Translations under genes and position numbers: made by a program
In this document: piece by piece, positions 32,628-42,007 of the stretch
How the letters are laid out: each line of letters opens with the position of its first letter
How positions within the stretch are numbered: the first letter of the stretch is position 1
The notes under the pieces: generated by a model
Told to the model about the DNA's origin: nothing
Seen by the model: the letters and a program-made list of their open reading frames with translations, nothing else
The model's database searches: none
DNA from: an uncultured Candidatus Actinomarina sp.
Lineage (GTDB): Bacteria; Actinomycetota; Acidimicrobiia; Actinomarinales; Actinomarinaceae
Direction: 5' to 3'
Length of the DNA stretch: 64,000 bases
Assembly: GCA_902622665.1 (NCBI GenBank)
Contig: CACNQV010000004.1
Span: forward strand, 5,142-69,141

Positions 32628-34108
32628 GCTCTGTCTGTAGATTTGTTAAGCTTTTCTAAATCTTTTTTTACATTTTTAAAGACATTTAAATCTTCTAATC
32701 TCCAAACCCAATTATTTTCTGTTGTTCCTGGAATATTAAATCTAGCTTCTTTTCCAAGTTCTAATAAGTCTTGGACAGTTGTAACTGCTAATTGACAAGG
32801 TGATTCCCACACGAGAGATATAAAGTTCCAAACATCAGATTCGTATAAAAGAGAACCGCTTTCTTTGTATTGATTAAAAAATTGAATTTGAATATCATCA
32901 ACTTCATTAAGCCATTGTTTAATTGTTGGGCTGTCATGAGTACCCGTATAGGCAGCAATATTAAAATCCCACTCTTTTGGATGGATTTCATTGTGTTTAC
33001 TATCGTTAGGTATTCTTTGTTGAAGTACTTTCATTCCTGGGATATTAAAGTTACTTAATACGTCAGCAGTTTCTTGTAAGACAACACCAAGATCTTCAGC
33101 TAGTAATTTATCAAAGTCAATTGATTTAGAAACAAGATCAAAAAATGTTTTCCACGGACCTGATCTCCAATGACCATTTAAGGCAGGTTCATTTTTAGGA
33201 ATAGCCCAAAATTGAAAAAAACCAACAAAATGATCAATTCTTAAATAATCATAATTTTTTAAATTATAATCTAATTTTTCAATCCAGTATTTATATCCTT
33301 CTTCTTTATGATTATCCCATTTATAAAGTGCAGTATTCCATACTTGCCCCTCTACAGTAAAGTCATCCGGAACAGCCCCTGATACATAACTCATTTCATT
33401 ATTATCACCTAAATCAAAAAGCTGTTGATTTAGCCATACATCTGCTGAATTATGATTGACATAAATAGGTATGTCACCAAGGATTTTTACATTATTACTG
33501 TTGGCGTATGACTTAATATTTTGCCATTGATTATCGAATTCGTATTGTAAATATATATTTTTTGTAAATGTGTTTAAATATTTACTTAATACTTCATCAA
33601 AAAGTGATTCTGAGTATTTTTGGTATTTTTTAGACCAAGTGTTCCATGACCCTTCATAAACTTCACTTAAAGTTAAAAATGTAATGTGTTGTTTCTTTAA
33701 ATCATTTTCAATATAGTCTCTATATTCTTGGTCGTTGATATTGACTCTTTCGGAAATTTTCTTGTACAAATTATTTTTATTACTGTAAACCAATTTATAG
33801 TCAACTTTGTCAGAGTTATTTATTTTTATTTCACTTAATTCGTCGTCATTAAAAACATTATTTTTTAATTTATCTAATGAAACAATATATGGATTTCCAA
33901 GAATAGAGGATTTGCTTGAATAAGGAGAGAACTCAATATTGTCAGTAATGCCTAATGGTAGTACTTGCCAAACTTGGGTTTTTGATTCGCTAAGTAAGTC
34001 AATAAACCTATAGCTTTCTTTACCAAAATCTCCAATCCCATAATCACTAGGTAATGAAGTTGGATGTAGAATCAACCCGCTAGATTTATTTATATTCATA
34101 TGTCTCAA
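32624..34108 (-). CDS. malQ: 4-alpha-glucanotransferase (GH77 amylomaltase)
   Basis: GLILHPTSLPS, YLRIDHFVGF, EDLG and YTGTHDS motifs. Confidence 0.9.
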   Translation of the reverse strand: MRHMNINKSSGLILHPTSLPSDYGIGDFGKESYRFIDLLSESKTQVWQVLPLGITDNIEFSPYSSKSSILGNPYIVSLDKLKNNVFNDDELSEIKINNSDKVDYKLVYSNKNNLYKKISERVNINDQEYRDYIENDLKKQHITFLTLSEVYEGSWNTWSKKYQKYSESLFDEVLSKYLNTFTKNIYLQYEFDNQWQNIKSYANSNNVKILGDIPIYVNHNSADVWLNQQLFDLGDNNEMSYVSGAVPDDFTVEGQVWNTALYKWDNHKEEGYKYWIEKLDYNLKNYDYLRIDHFVGFFQFWAIPKNEPALNGHWRSGPWKTFFDLVSKSIDFDKLLAEDLGVVLQETADVLSNFNIPGMKVLQQRIPNDSKHNEIHPKEWDFNIAAYTGTHDSPTIKQWLNEVDDIQIQFFNQYKESGSLLYESDVWNFISLVWESPCQLAVTTVQDLLELGKEARFNIPGTTENNWVWRLEDLNVFKNVKKDLEKLNKSTDRA

Positions 34109-34149
34109 ATATAGAGTACAAAATAAAAAAATAATAGTAAATTAAATTT

Positions 34150-36081
34150 ATGGTAGAAGAGCATACTCCAGAATTTGTAGACGCAGGTGAAAAGCAAAAA
34201 ATTAATTTTTTTGAAGGAGATGTTCATCTTGGTCATTATGATTTTCGTTTTGACTTCAATGACAAAAAACATTTTTCAATATCAAGAGATGGCACAGGAA
34301 GAATTAGAGTTCATTCTCAAAAAAATATTTCAAAACTTTGGATACTTTTAGAGGATGAAGATTTTAGACCAATCGAGTTAAGGAAGTATGCTGAAACTGA
34401 TAGATTTATTTTTTGGGGAACACAAATACAATTTAGATCATCAGTTGCTAAATTTAGCTTTGCTGCAACTACTAATGATCAGTTAAATATATATTTAGGA
34501 ACTAGCGGCATTGCTAATTTTATATCTCCCTCAGAAAAATGGGTTTATGATATCAACACGTTCCATAGACACACTATTCCAGATTGGGTATATGGAGGAG
34601 TTATGTATCAAGTATTTCCTGAAAGATTTGCTAACGGAGATAGTTCTATCAATCCAAAAAATTTAGTTGAATGGGGTTCAACTCCTACAAGATTAGATTT
34701 TCAGGGAGGAGATTTATATGGAGTAATTCAAAATTTGGATCATATTGAATCTTTAGGTGTAAATATTGTTTACCTAAATCCAATATTTCTTTCTACTAGT
34801 ACACACAAGTATGATTCGTGGGACCATTTTAAAGTTGAGCCATCATTGGGTGGCGACAACGCTTTAAAAGAACTAATTAAAGAGTGCCACAAAAGGGAAA
34901 TGAAAATAATATTGGATTGTTCTCTTAATCATGTTCATCCAAGACACTTTGGATTTCAAGATCTTGTAAAAAATGGTGAAAAATCAAAATACAAAGATTG
35001 GTTTACAGTATTTGATTATCCAGTCAGATTTATACATAGACCACACCTGTATTCAAACACCTATAAAGTTGGTTGGGATGGTAATGAGGAGGAATACAAA
35101 AGGTATTTAGAAAAAACTTTTGAGGAGACAATGGTTCCAGTAGAGATCAAAGATGATGATGGGCCAATTGTTGAGCCATCTTTCAAAGCTTGGTGGGGAG
35201 TACCAGATATGCCTAAAGTAAATTTCGAAAACAAAGATGCAAGACAATGGGCACTTGACGTTACAAAGTATTGGATTGAAAACTTTGACATAGACGGATG
35301 GAGAATGGATGTAGCGAAAGAATTAGACTTTTCTTTCTGGAAAGACTTTAGAGATATTGCATATAGTGCAAAAGAAGATGTCTTACTTATATCTGAGATT
35401 TTTGGTGATACTTCACAATGGCTTCAGGGAGACAGGTTTGATGGAACGATGAATTACTCTTTTAGAGAAACCATGACAGATTATTTTGCAACTAAAAGAA
35501 TAAACAACAAAGAATTTGCTGATTCTTTAGCAAATCTGTATTCAATGTATTCATTTGAAGCCCTCTCTTCTTGCCAAAACTTACTTAGCTCTCATGATGT
35601 TAAAAGATTCTTAAATCGATCTGGTAACAATGAAGATGGCATTTTAGGTGCAATATTTTTACAAACAACATTTCCAGGTATTGCTGGTATTTATTATGGT
35701 GATGAGATTGGATTGGGTGGTGCAGATGACCCATTTAATAGAGAACCATTTCCATGGCATGATAAACCTTCATGGAATATGACAATTCTTGAATTCACGA
35801 AAACTATGATGAATATAAAAAATTCTAATACGATATTTAAATATGGAAGATTTGAATTGTTAAATGATACTAAAGATGTAGTTATTTTTAGAAGGATTTT
35901 ACAGGATGAGTCTTTACTTTGTATCGTAAATCGCGATAGGCTAACAAAAGATCTAACTATAAATACAAATGCTCACAGCATTGATGTTATATATGGTGAT
36001 TGTGAAGCAATTTTAGAAGATGGCTCTATTAAAATTACTAAAAACCGTGGCGATATCGGTTTAATTATTCACGAAAAATAA
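34150..36081 (+). CDS. cytoplasmic GH13 alpha-glucosidase (neopullulanase / cyclomaltodextrinase-like)
   Basis: GH13 conserved regions: ILDCSLNHV (I), GWRMDVAKEL (II), LISEIF (III), LLSSHDVKR (IV). No signal peptide. Confidence 0.85.
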   Translation: MVEEHTPEFVDAGEKQKINFFEGDVHLGHYDFRFDFNDKKHFSISRDGTGRIRVHSQKNISKLWILLEDEDFRPIELRKYAETDRFIFWGTQIQFRSSVAKFSFAATTNDQLNIYLGTSGIANFISPSEKWVYDINTFHRHTIPDWVYGGVMYQVFPERFANGDSSINPKNLVEWGSTPTRLDFQGGDLYGVIQNLDHIESLGVNIVYLNPIFLSTSTHKYDSWDHFKVEPSLGGDNALKELIKECHKREMKIILDCSLNHVHPRHFGFQDLVKNGEKSKYKDWFTVFDYPVRFIHRPHLYSNTYKVGWDGNEEEYKRYLEKTFEETMVPVEIKDDDGPIVEPSFKAWWGVPDMPKVNFENKDARQWALDVTKYWIENFDIDGWRMDVAKELDFSFWKDFRDIAYSAKEDVLLISEIFGDTSQWLQGDRFDGTMNYSFRETMTDYFATKRINNKEFADSLANLYSMYSFEALSSCQNLLSSHDVKRFLNRSGNNEDGILGAIFLQTTFPGIAGIYYGDEIGLGGADDPFNREPFPWHDKPSWNMTILEFTKTMMNIKNSNTIFKYGRFELLNDTKDVVIFRRILQDESLLCIVNRDRLTKDLTINTNAHSIDVIYGDCEAILEDGSIKITKNRGDIGLIIHEK

Positions 36082-36084
36082 TAT

Positions 36085-36107
36085 TTGTGCATTAGTGCAA
36101 TGTTTTT
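36085..36107 (+). terminator. weak hairpin + T tract after the GH13 gene
   Basis: ttgtgc-atta-gtgcaa gives a 6-bp stem including two G-U pairs, followed by tgttttt. Confidence 0.3.
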
Positions 36108-36154
36108 GTATTTTAATTAGAAATAATTCTATTTATACGTTAGATTGATCATTG

Positions 36155-36171
36155 TCATTCTTTAAGAATGA
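36155..36171. promoter_or_regulatory. 17-nt palindrome upstream of malE (candidate operator)
   Basis: tcattctt-t-aagaatga has perfect 8-bp arms and ends 27 nt upstream of the malE ATG. It is flanked by three TATACG copies (36134, 36173, 36181). Confidence 0.35.
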
Positions 36172-36197
36172 ATATACGTATATACGAAAGGGAGTAT

Positions 36198-37502
36198 ATG
36201 AAAACTAATAAATTACGATTAATCGTATTTTTATTGATGTTTTCTTTAGTGGCCGTGGCATGTGGTGGAGATACTGCAGATGATGCAGCAGAAGCACCAG
36301 AAGCTACAGAGGCACCTCAAGAAACATTAGCTGCTCCTGCAACCACAGCGCCACCACCTGAAGTAATAGTGGTATGGGCTGAAGAAAAAGTTGCAAATGC
36401 TTTAGATCCATTAGTTGGCGCTTATGAAGCTGCTGCTGGTGTTGATGTAGAGGTAGTTGTTTATGATTTCGGTGCTATAAGAACAGACGTTCAAACTGCT
36501 GGTCCAGCAGGTGAAGGTCCAGATGTATTTTTAGGAGCACATGACTGGGTTGGAGAATTAGCAGCAAACGGTGTAGTTTCACCATTAGATTTAGGTTCTG
36601 TCGCATCTGATTTATTTGATGTTGGAGTAACAGCGTTTAGTTATGGCGGAGAAGTCTACGGATTTCCTTATGCAACAGAAGCTATTGCTATGTATTACAA
36701 TGCAGATTTAGTTGATTCAGTCCCAACAACATGGGAAGACGCAAAAGCTGCTTGTGATGCTGCAGGTACTGAACTTTGCGTTGGTGCACCAGGTGGCGGA
36801 GGAGGCGGAGACGCTTACCACAACCACCCATTTGTCGCATCAGCTGGAGGTTATGTTTTCGCATCTGAAGGCGGATTCGACGCATCAGATGTTGGTTTAG
36901 ATAATGCTGGAGCTATTGCTTCTGCTGAATTCCTTGATGGACTTGTTAAAAATGGAACAGTTGCATCCACAGACTATGGTGGCTCTATGACTGCATTCCA
37001 AGAAGGTCGTTCATTATTCTGGATGACCGGTCCATGGGCTAGAGGAGATGCTAGCGCAGTTAATTATGGTGTTGGATTAATTCCTCAGTTTGACGGAAAT
37101 GCAGCTACTCCATTTGTTGGTGTTAGAGGTGCAATGGTTTCATCATTTAGTAATAAGCAAGTTTTAGCACAGAGCTTTATTCTTGACTTTTTTGCAACTG
37201 TTGAAGTGCAACAAGCAATGTATGAATCTGATCCAAGATTACCTGCTACAAAATCATTATTTGCAGTAGTCGAAGCTGCTGATCCTATCGCAGCTGTTTT
37301 TGCAGCTAGCGCTGCAAATGGTATTCCTATGCCAAATATTCCAGAAATGGGAAGTGTATGGGGACCATTCGGAGATGCCTTGTTAATAATTAGGGACCAA
37401 AACTATGGTACTAATGATGAAACAGGTGTAACAGTTAGCAATGCAACTGATGCTATGAAATTAGCAGCAGAACAAATTCGTAATGCAATTGCTGGTGGTT
37501 AA
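36198..37502 (+). CDS. malE: maltose/maltodextrin ABC transporter substrate-binding lipoprotein
   Basis: MKTNKLRLIVFLLMFSLVAVACGG (lipobox), an Ala/Pro/Glu/Thr linker, then a MalE-like body (VWAEE..., GPDVFLGAHDW, PYATEAIAMYYN, GPWA). SD aaagggag 7 nt upstream of ATG 36198. Confidence 0.85.
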   Translation: MKTNKLRLIVFLLMFSLVAVACGGDTADDAAEAPEATEAPQETLAAPATTAPPPEVIVVWAEEKVANALDPLVGAYEAAAGVDVEVVVYDFGAIRTDVQTAGPAGEGPDVFLGAHDWVGELAANGVVSPLDLGSVASDLFDVGVTAFSYGGEVYGFPYATEAIAMYYNADLVDSVPTTWEDAKAACDAAGTELCVGAPGGGGGGDAYHNHPFVASAGGYVFASEGGFDASDVGLDNAGAIASAEFLDGLVKNGTVASTDYGGSMTAFQEGRSLFWMTGPWARGDASAVNYGVGLIPQFDGNAATPFVGVRGAMVSSFSNKQVLAQSFILDFFATVEVQQAMYESDPRLPATKSLFAVVEAADPIAAVFAASAANGIPMPNIPEMGSVWGPFGDALLIIRDQNYGTNDETGVTVSNATDAMKLAAEQIRNAIAGG

Positions 37503-37521
37503 TTTTTAATTAATCTATATT

Positions 37522-37553
37522 AAATTGGGGCTCTGTTGAGCCCCAATTTTTTT
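37522..37553 (+). terminator. rho-independent terminator/attenuator between malE and malF
   Basis: aaattggggctc-tgtt-gagccccaattt gives a 12-bp stem with a GC core, followed by a T run. Confidence 0.8.
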
Positions 37554-37554
37554 A

Positions 37555-39156
37555 ATGATATATTTAAGTATGGCTCTCTCAAAAATTTCAAGGTATGTAT
37601 TACTAGCTATTTTCAATGCATTAATTGTCTACACAATACCTCTTGCTTTAACATTTGAATCTTGGTTCTTTTTATCATTAACTTTAGTTATTGGAATTTT
37701 AGTAAATGTCGTTTATTTTACTGATAGATTTCAACCTATGAAATGGATACTTCCAGGTATGATCTTTATGATATCTTTTGTCGTATTTCCCGCTATTTAC
37801 AATACCTTTGTTTCTTTTACTAATTGGTCCACTGGACATATTCTTACTAAAGCACAAGCAATAAGTGTTTTAGAAGATCGTGTATTTACACCAGATGATC
37901 AAAAAGGACTTGAATTTGAAATGTATATTCTTCAAGATCAAGATTTAAAATTTTATTATGTTGCTAATTTAGATTCTGATAATATCTTATTTGGAAGGGC
38001 AGTTTCAGATGATGAGATATTCTCTACATCTTATGCGACCCACGAACCGTCACTTTTTATTAATGGCGAGTTTTCAATACCAGATGGTTTTTATCAACTT
38101 TCTGGAAAAGAACAAATAGCTAATTCAACGACTTTGCAAGAACTCTCACTTGTAATTGATCAAAATACTCGAGCACAATTATATAAAATATCAGTTTTTG
38201 GAGCTTCAACAGGTCGCCTAACTTCCACTTCACAACTTTATACATATGATGAATTGAACGATGTCTTAATTAATAATGCGACCAATAGTGTATGCCCAGT
38301 GATAAAAGATAATTTTGAATGTGATGGTAATGAGATTGAACCTGGTTGGAGAGTTTATGTTGGTGGTGAAAATTACAGAAAACTTTTTTCTAGTCAGAGA
38401 ATTAGAGGCCCATTAAATATTGTGACTAAATGGACATTTCAATTTGCTTTACTGTCTGTCATTTTTTCTTTTGCAGTTGGACTTCTCTTAAGTGTGATCT
38501 TAAACAAGGATGGCTTAAAATTTCAAAGAATCTATCGATCTGTCTTTATACTTCCGTATGCTATACCAGCATTTGTTTCAGCCCTTGTATGGAAAGGGTT
38601 GTTAAACCCTGATTACGGAGTTATTAATTCGTGGCTTGGTCCATTGTATGAAATATTAGATGTAGAGCCTGTGAAATGGCTTAAAACTAAAGAAAGTGCA
38701 AGATCTGCTGTTCTTCTTGTGAATACATGGCTTGGCTTTCCTTATATGTTTTTAATTACAACTGGAGCATTACAATCCATTCCTAAGGAACTTATTGAAG
38801 CTGCAAAGGTTGATGGTGCAACTGGACTTCAATCATTTTGGAGGATAACTTTTCCGTTGTTGATGGTCTCTATATCTCCATTACTAATTGGTTCATTTGC
38901 ATTTAATTTCAATAACTTTACTTTGATATTTCTTCTCTCTGGAGGTGGCCCCCCAATTGTTGGTAGTGAGGTTTCTGTAGGATGGACGGATATTTTGATT
39001 TCTTTTACTTACAAACTTGCAATATCTGGAGGTAGGGGAAACTTATTTGGACTTGCATCAAGTGTTACAATAATTATTTTTGCTCTTGTTCTAATAATTT
39101 CAGCTATTTCATTTAGATATACAAAACGATTGGAAAGAATTTATGGAAACATTTAA
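37555..39156 (+). CDS. malF: maltodextrin ABC transporter permease (MalF-like, with large extracytoplasmic loop)
   Basis: 533 aa. EAA-type loop EAAKVDGATGLQSFWRITFPLL and a long hydrophilic insert between early TM helices, as in MalF. The start may instead be the in-frame ATG at 37570. Confidence 0.85.
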   Translation: MIYLSMALSKISRYVLLAIFNALIVYTIPLALTFESWFFLSLTLVIGILVNVVYFTDRFQPMKWILPGMIFMISFVVFPAIYNTFVSFTNWSTGHILTKAQAISVLEDRVFTPDDQKGLEFEMYILQDQDLKFYYVANLDSDNILFGRAVSDDEIFSTSYATHEPSLFINGEFSIPDGFYQLSGKEQIANSTTLQELSLVIDQNTRAQLYKISVFGASTGRLTSTSQLYTYDELNDVLINNATNSVCPVIKDNFECDGNEIEPGWRVYVGGENYRKLFSSQRIRGPLNIVTKWTFQFALLSVIFSFAVGLLLSVILNKDGLKFQRIYRSVFILPYAIPAFVSALVWKGLLNPDYGVINSWLGPLYEILDVEPVKWLKTKESARSAVLLVNTWLGFPYMFLITTGALQSIPKELIEAAKVDGATGLQSFWRITFPLLMVSISPLLIGSFAFNFNNFTLIFLLSGGGPPIVGSEVSVGWTDILISFTYKLAISGGRGNLFGLASSVTIIIFALVLIISAISFRYTKRLERIYGNI

Positions 39157-40009
39157 ATTTTTTAATTGGGTTAAAGAATATGGTTGGAGACATTTTGTAG
39201 CATTAATATTTGTAACATTTGCTATATATCCGATTTTATTTGTTGTAACAAATTCAGTTGCAGATTTTGCTAATTTAACTAATTCAAAATTGATTCCAGA
39301 GGGATTTACTTTAAAGCATTTCAAATTGCTTTCTTCAGATCCTTTAGTTCCTTATTTCAAGTGGCTTTACAATACCTATAAAGTTGCTCTAATAGCCGCT
39401 ATCTTTAATGTTTTTCTTGGAACATTAGCCGCATATGCATTTTCTAGACTTCAGTTTAAGGGTCGAAGAGCAAGTTTATTGACATTAGTAATTGTTCAAA
39501 TGTTTCCATCATTCTTAGCATTTGTTGCTATATATCTTCTGTTTTTTCAAATCAGCGACATAGCTCCTTTTATGGGACTTGGTACACATTTTGGATTAAT
39601 ACTTGTATACCTCGGAGGATCAATCGGTTTCAATTCTTGGCTGATCAAGGGTTTTATGGATACAATTTCACCTTCTCTTGATGAAGCTGCAAAAGTAGAT
39701 GGTGCAACTGAGTACCAAATATTTAGGAGAATAATAGCCCCACTTTCTAGACCAATTTTAGTTGTAATTTTTGTAATAACATTTATTGGGATATATTCCG
39801 ACTTTATTCTTGCAGCTATATTCTTAAAAGATAAAAATTTATGGACAGTTGCAGTTGGAATTAATACTGTTTTCATTGATGATTTTAATGCAGACTGGGG
39901 AGTAATCGCAGCTTCATCAGTTATAGCTGCAACGCCTATTGCAGTTCTGTTTATCTTTTTTCAAAAGCAAATTACTGGCGGATTAACTGCGGGATCTGTA
40001 AAGGGATAA
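39143..40009 (+). CDS. malG: maltodextrin ABC transporter permease (MalG-like)
   Basis: 288 aa. DEAAKVDGATEYQIFRRIIAPLSRP EAA loop. Overlaps malF by 14 nt. Confidence 0.85.
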   Translation: METFKFFNWVKEYGWRHFVALIFVTFAIYPILFVVTNSVADFANLTNSKLIPEGFTLKHFKLLSSDPLVPYFKWLYNTYKVALIAAIFNVFLGTLAAYAFSRLQFKGRRASLLTLVIVQMFPSFLAFVAIYLLFFQISDIAPFMGLGTHFGLILVYLGGSIGFNSWLIKGFMDTISPSLDEAAKVDGATEYQIFRRIIAPLSRPILVVIFVITFIGIYSDFILAAIFLKDKNLWTVAVGINTVFIDDFNADWGVIAASSVIAATPIAVLFIFFQKQITGGLTAGSVKG

Positions 40010-40079
40010 ATCCTAATATTTAATAGCTCATTTACTTTTTTTTAATTAAAATTGAGTATCAGATTCATGGGAGGAAATT

Positions 40080-42005
40080 TTGTCTAAATTACACGATTAC
40101 TTAAAGTCACAGGAAAATTTAATTACAGCATCAGTTGAGGGAAAAACCCTTTTAGATTTTATAGATAGGAATGCTGAAGAATACGCAGATTATCCAGCAT
40201 TAAATACTCCAGCTAATAGCGAATATTCAGCTTGGGATTCAATATCTTGGTCAGAATATAGAGATGTTTCAAAAAATTTAGCAGCAGGATTAATGACATT
40301 AGGCTTAGGCCCTGGTGATACAGCATTCATAATGTCAAACAACACTAAAGAACATAATATTTCTGATCTAGGAATAGTTTATTGCGGTGCAACTCCATCG
40401 ACTTTATACAAGCAGTTAAAGTCTTCTCAAATAGAATATGTAGCTAATTTGATGGAAGCAAAAGTAGCGGTTGTTGGTGACTTAGAATTATTTGCGGAGG
40501 TAAATGCTGCTAAAGAACAATGTCCTAAATTAGAAGCAATAGTATTGATAGATGGATACGATCAGAAAAAAGATTTAGATCATGTACACAGTTATCAAGA
40601 ATTAATTGAAAAGGGTAAAAGTATAAATGAAGAAGATAGCTCTAAGTTAGATGAAGCCACCTCCACTGTTACACCAGATTCATTGGCATGTTTAATCTTT
40701 ACTTCGGGTACAACTGGAAAGCCAAAGGGTGTAATGATTTCACATAGAAATGTTCTCTGGACAATAGAGAGCTTATTTGGTCAAATGATACCAGCAAGTA
40801 AATTTCCAAGAATCGTATCTTATCTGCCTATGGCACATATAGCAGCAAGAGCAGGCGACCACTATCAATCAATTTATAGAGTTGGACAAATTTTTCCAGT
40901 CCCAGTTTTAGAGGATATGAGAGATGCTCTTCCTACAATTAAGCCTTCAGTGTTTTTGGCTGTTCCTAGAGTATGGGAAAGGTTCAAGGGTGGTCTACAA
41001 GCAAAAATTGAAGAAAATCCAAAAAAAGACTTAATAGATAAAGCAATTGCAAATGGATTAGAGAAAGTAGATTACGAACAAAGAGGAGAATCGGTACCAC
41101 TTGGTATCAAGATAAAAGATAAAGTATTTGCCAAACTTGTCTTCTCTAAATTTAAAGAAGGCCTCGGCATTGTGGATACAGAGTATTTTGTGACTGCAGC
41201 TGCACCAATGAATAAGGATGTTCATAGGTGGTTTCATGCTATTGGAATAGATATAACTGAAATTTATGGGATGACAGAAGACACTGGCCCTGCAACAATT
41301 GGTGTGCCAGGAAATGCAGCAGAATCTTTTTCAAAGAAATTAAAAGTTGATGGTATTGAAATTCCTAGTGTTCTTAACCCAATCGGAAAAGTTGGAATTC
41401 CTATTCCAGGAACAGAGGTTAAAGTAATGGACGATGGAGAGTTGTGTATCAAAGGTAATCACGTTGCACAAGGCTATTACAAGTCAGATGAGCAGACTGC
41501 TGAAACCTTTGATGAAGATGGATGGTTGCATACTGGGGATTTAGCTGAAATTGATTCTGAAGGTTATGTAAAAATTATTGGCAGAAAAAAGGAAATTTTA
41601 ATAACATCTGCTGGAAAAAATATTGCTCCAGTTGAAATTGAGGACTTAGTAAAACCACACCCATTAATTGGACAAGTGTGTGTTGTAGGGGATGGAAAGA
41701 AATTCCTATCAGCATTAATTGTTCTTGATGGGGATGGTGGAGCTGAAACCTGGGCTTCAGAGAATGGAGTTGAATATTCAATAAAAGATATGGCTAAGAA
41801 TGAAAAAGTTATTCAAGCTGTGCAAGAACAAGTTGATAAAGCTAATTCCCAAGTTGCTAATGTACAAGGCATTAAAAAGTTTGTTCTTCTTGAAAAAGAG
41901 TGGACAGATTCAAGTGGCGAGCTAACACCAACATTAAAATTAAAAAGAAATGTTATTGCAGAGATGTATCATGAACAAATTGAATCAATGTATGAAGGAG
42001 TATAA
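40080..42005 (+). CDS. long-chain-fatty-acid--CoA ligase (AMP-forming)
   Basis: AMP-binding motif LIFTSGTTGKPKGV, YGMTE, GWLHTGDLAE and the KLKR C-terminal motif. TTG start preceded by gggagg. Confidence 0.85.
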   Translation: MSKLHDYLKSQENLITASVEGKTLLDFIDRNAEEYADYPALNTPANSEYSAWDSISWSEYRDVSKNLAAGLMTLGLGPGDTAFIMSNNTKEHNISDLGIVYCGATPSTLYKQLKSSQIEYVANLMEAKVAVVGDLELFAEVNAAKEQCPKLEAIVLIDGYDQKKDLDHVHSYQELIEKGKSINEEDSSKLDEATSTVTPDSLACLIFTSGTTGKPKGVMISHRNVLWTIESLFGQMIPASKFPRIVSYLPMAHIAARAGDHYQSIYRVGQIFPVPVLEDMRDALPTIKPSVFLAVPRVWERFKGGLQAKIEENPKKDLIDKAIANGLEKVDYEQRGESVPLGIKIKDKVFAKLVFSKFKEGLGIVDTEYFVTAAAPMNKDVHRWFHAIGIDITEIYGMTEDTGPATIGVPGNAAESFSKKLKVDGIEIPSVLNPIGKVGIPIPGTEVKVMDDGELCIKGNHVAQGYYKSDEQTAETFDEDGWLHTGDLAEIDSEGYVKIIGRKKEILITSAGKNIAPVEIEDLVKPHPLIGQVCVVGDGKKFLSALIVLDGDGGAETWASENGVEYSIKDMAKNEKVIQAVQEQVDKANSQVANVQGIKKFVLLEKEWTDSSGELTPTLKLKRNVIAEMYHEQIESMYEGV

Positions 42006-42007
42006 AA

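Noticed and set aside
36198-37502. Higher-GC malE as a horizontally transferred island
   Set aside because: Third codon positions remain A/T-biased like the host. The gene is embedded in an intact malEFG operon with typical-composition permeases. There are no mobility genes or flanking repeats. I kept it as a composition/expression finding instead.
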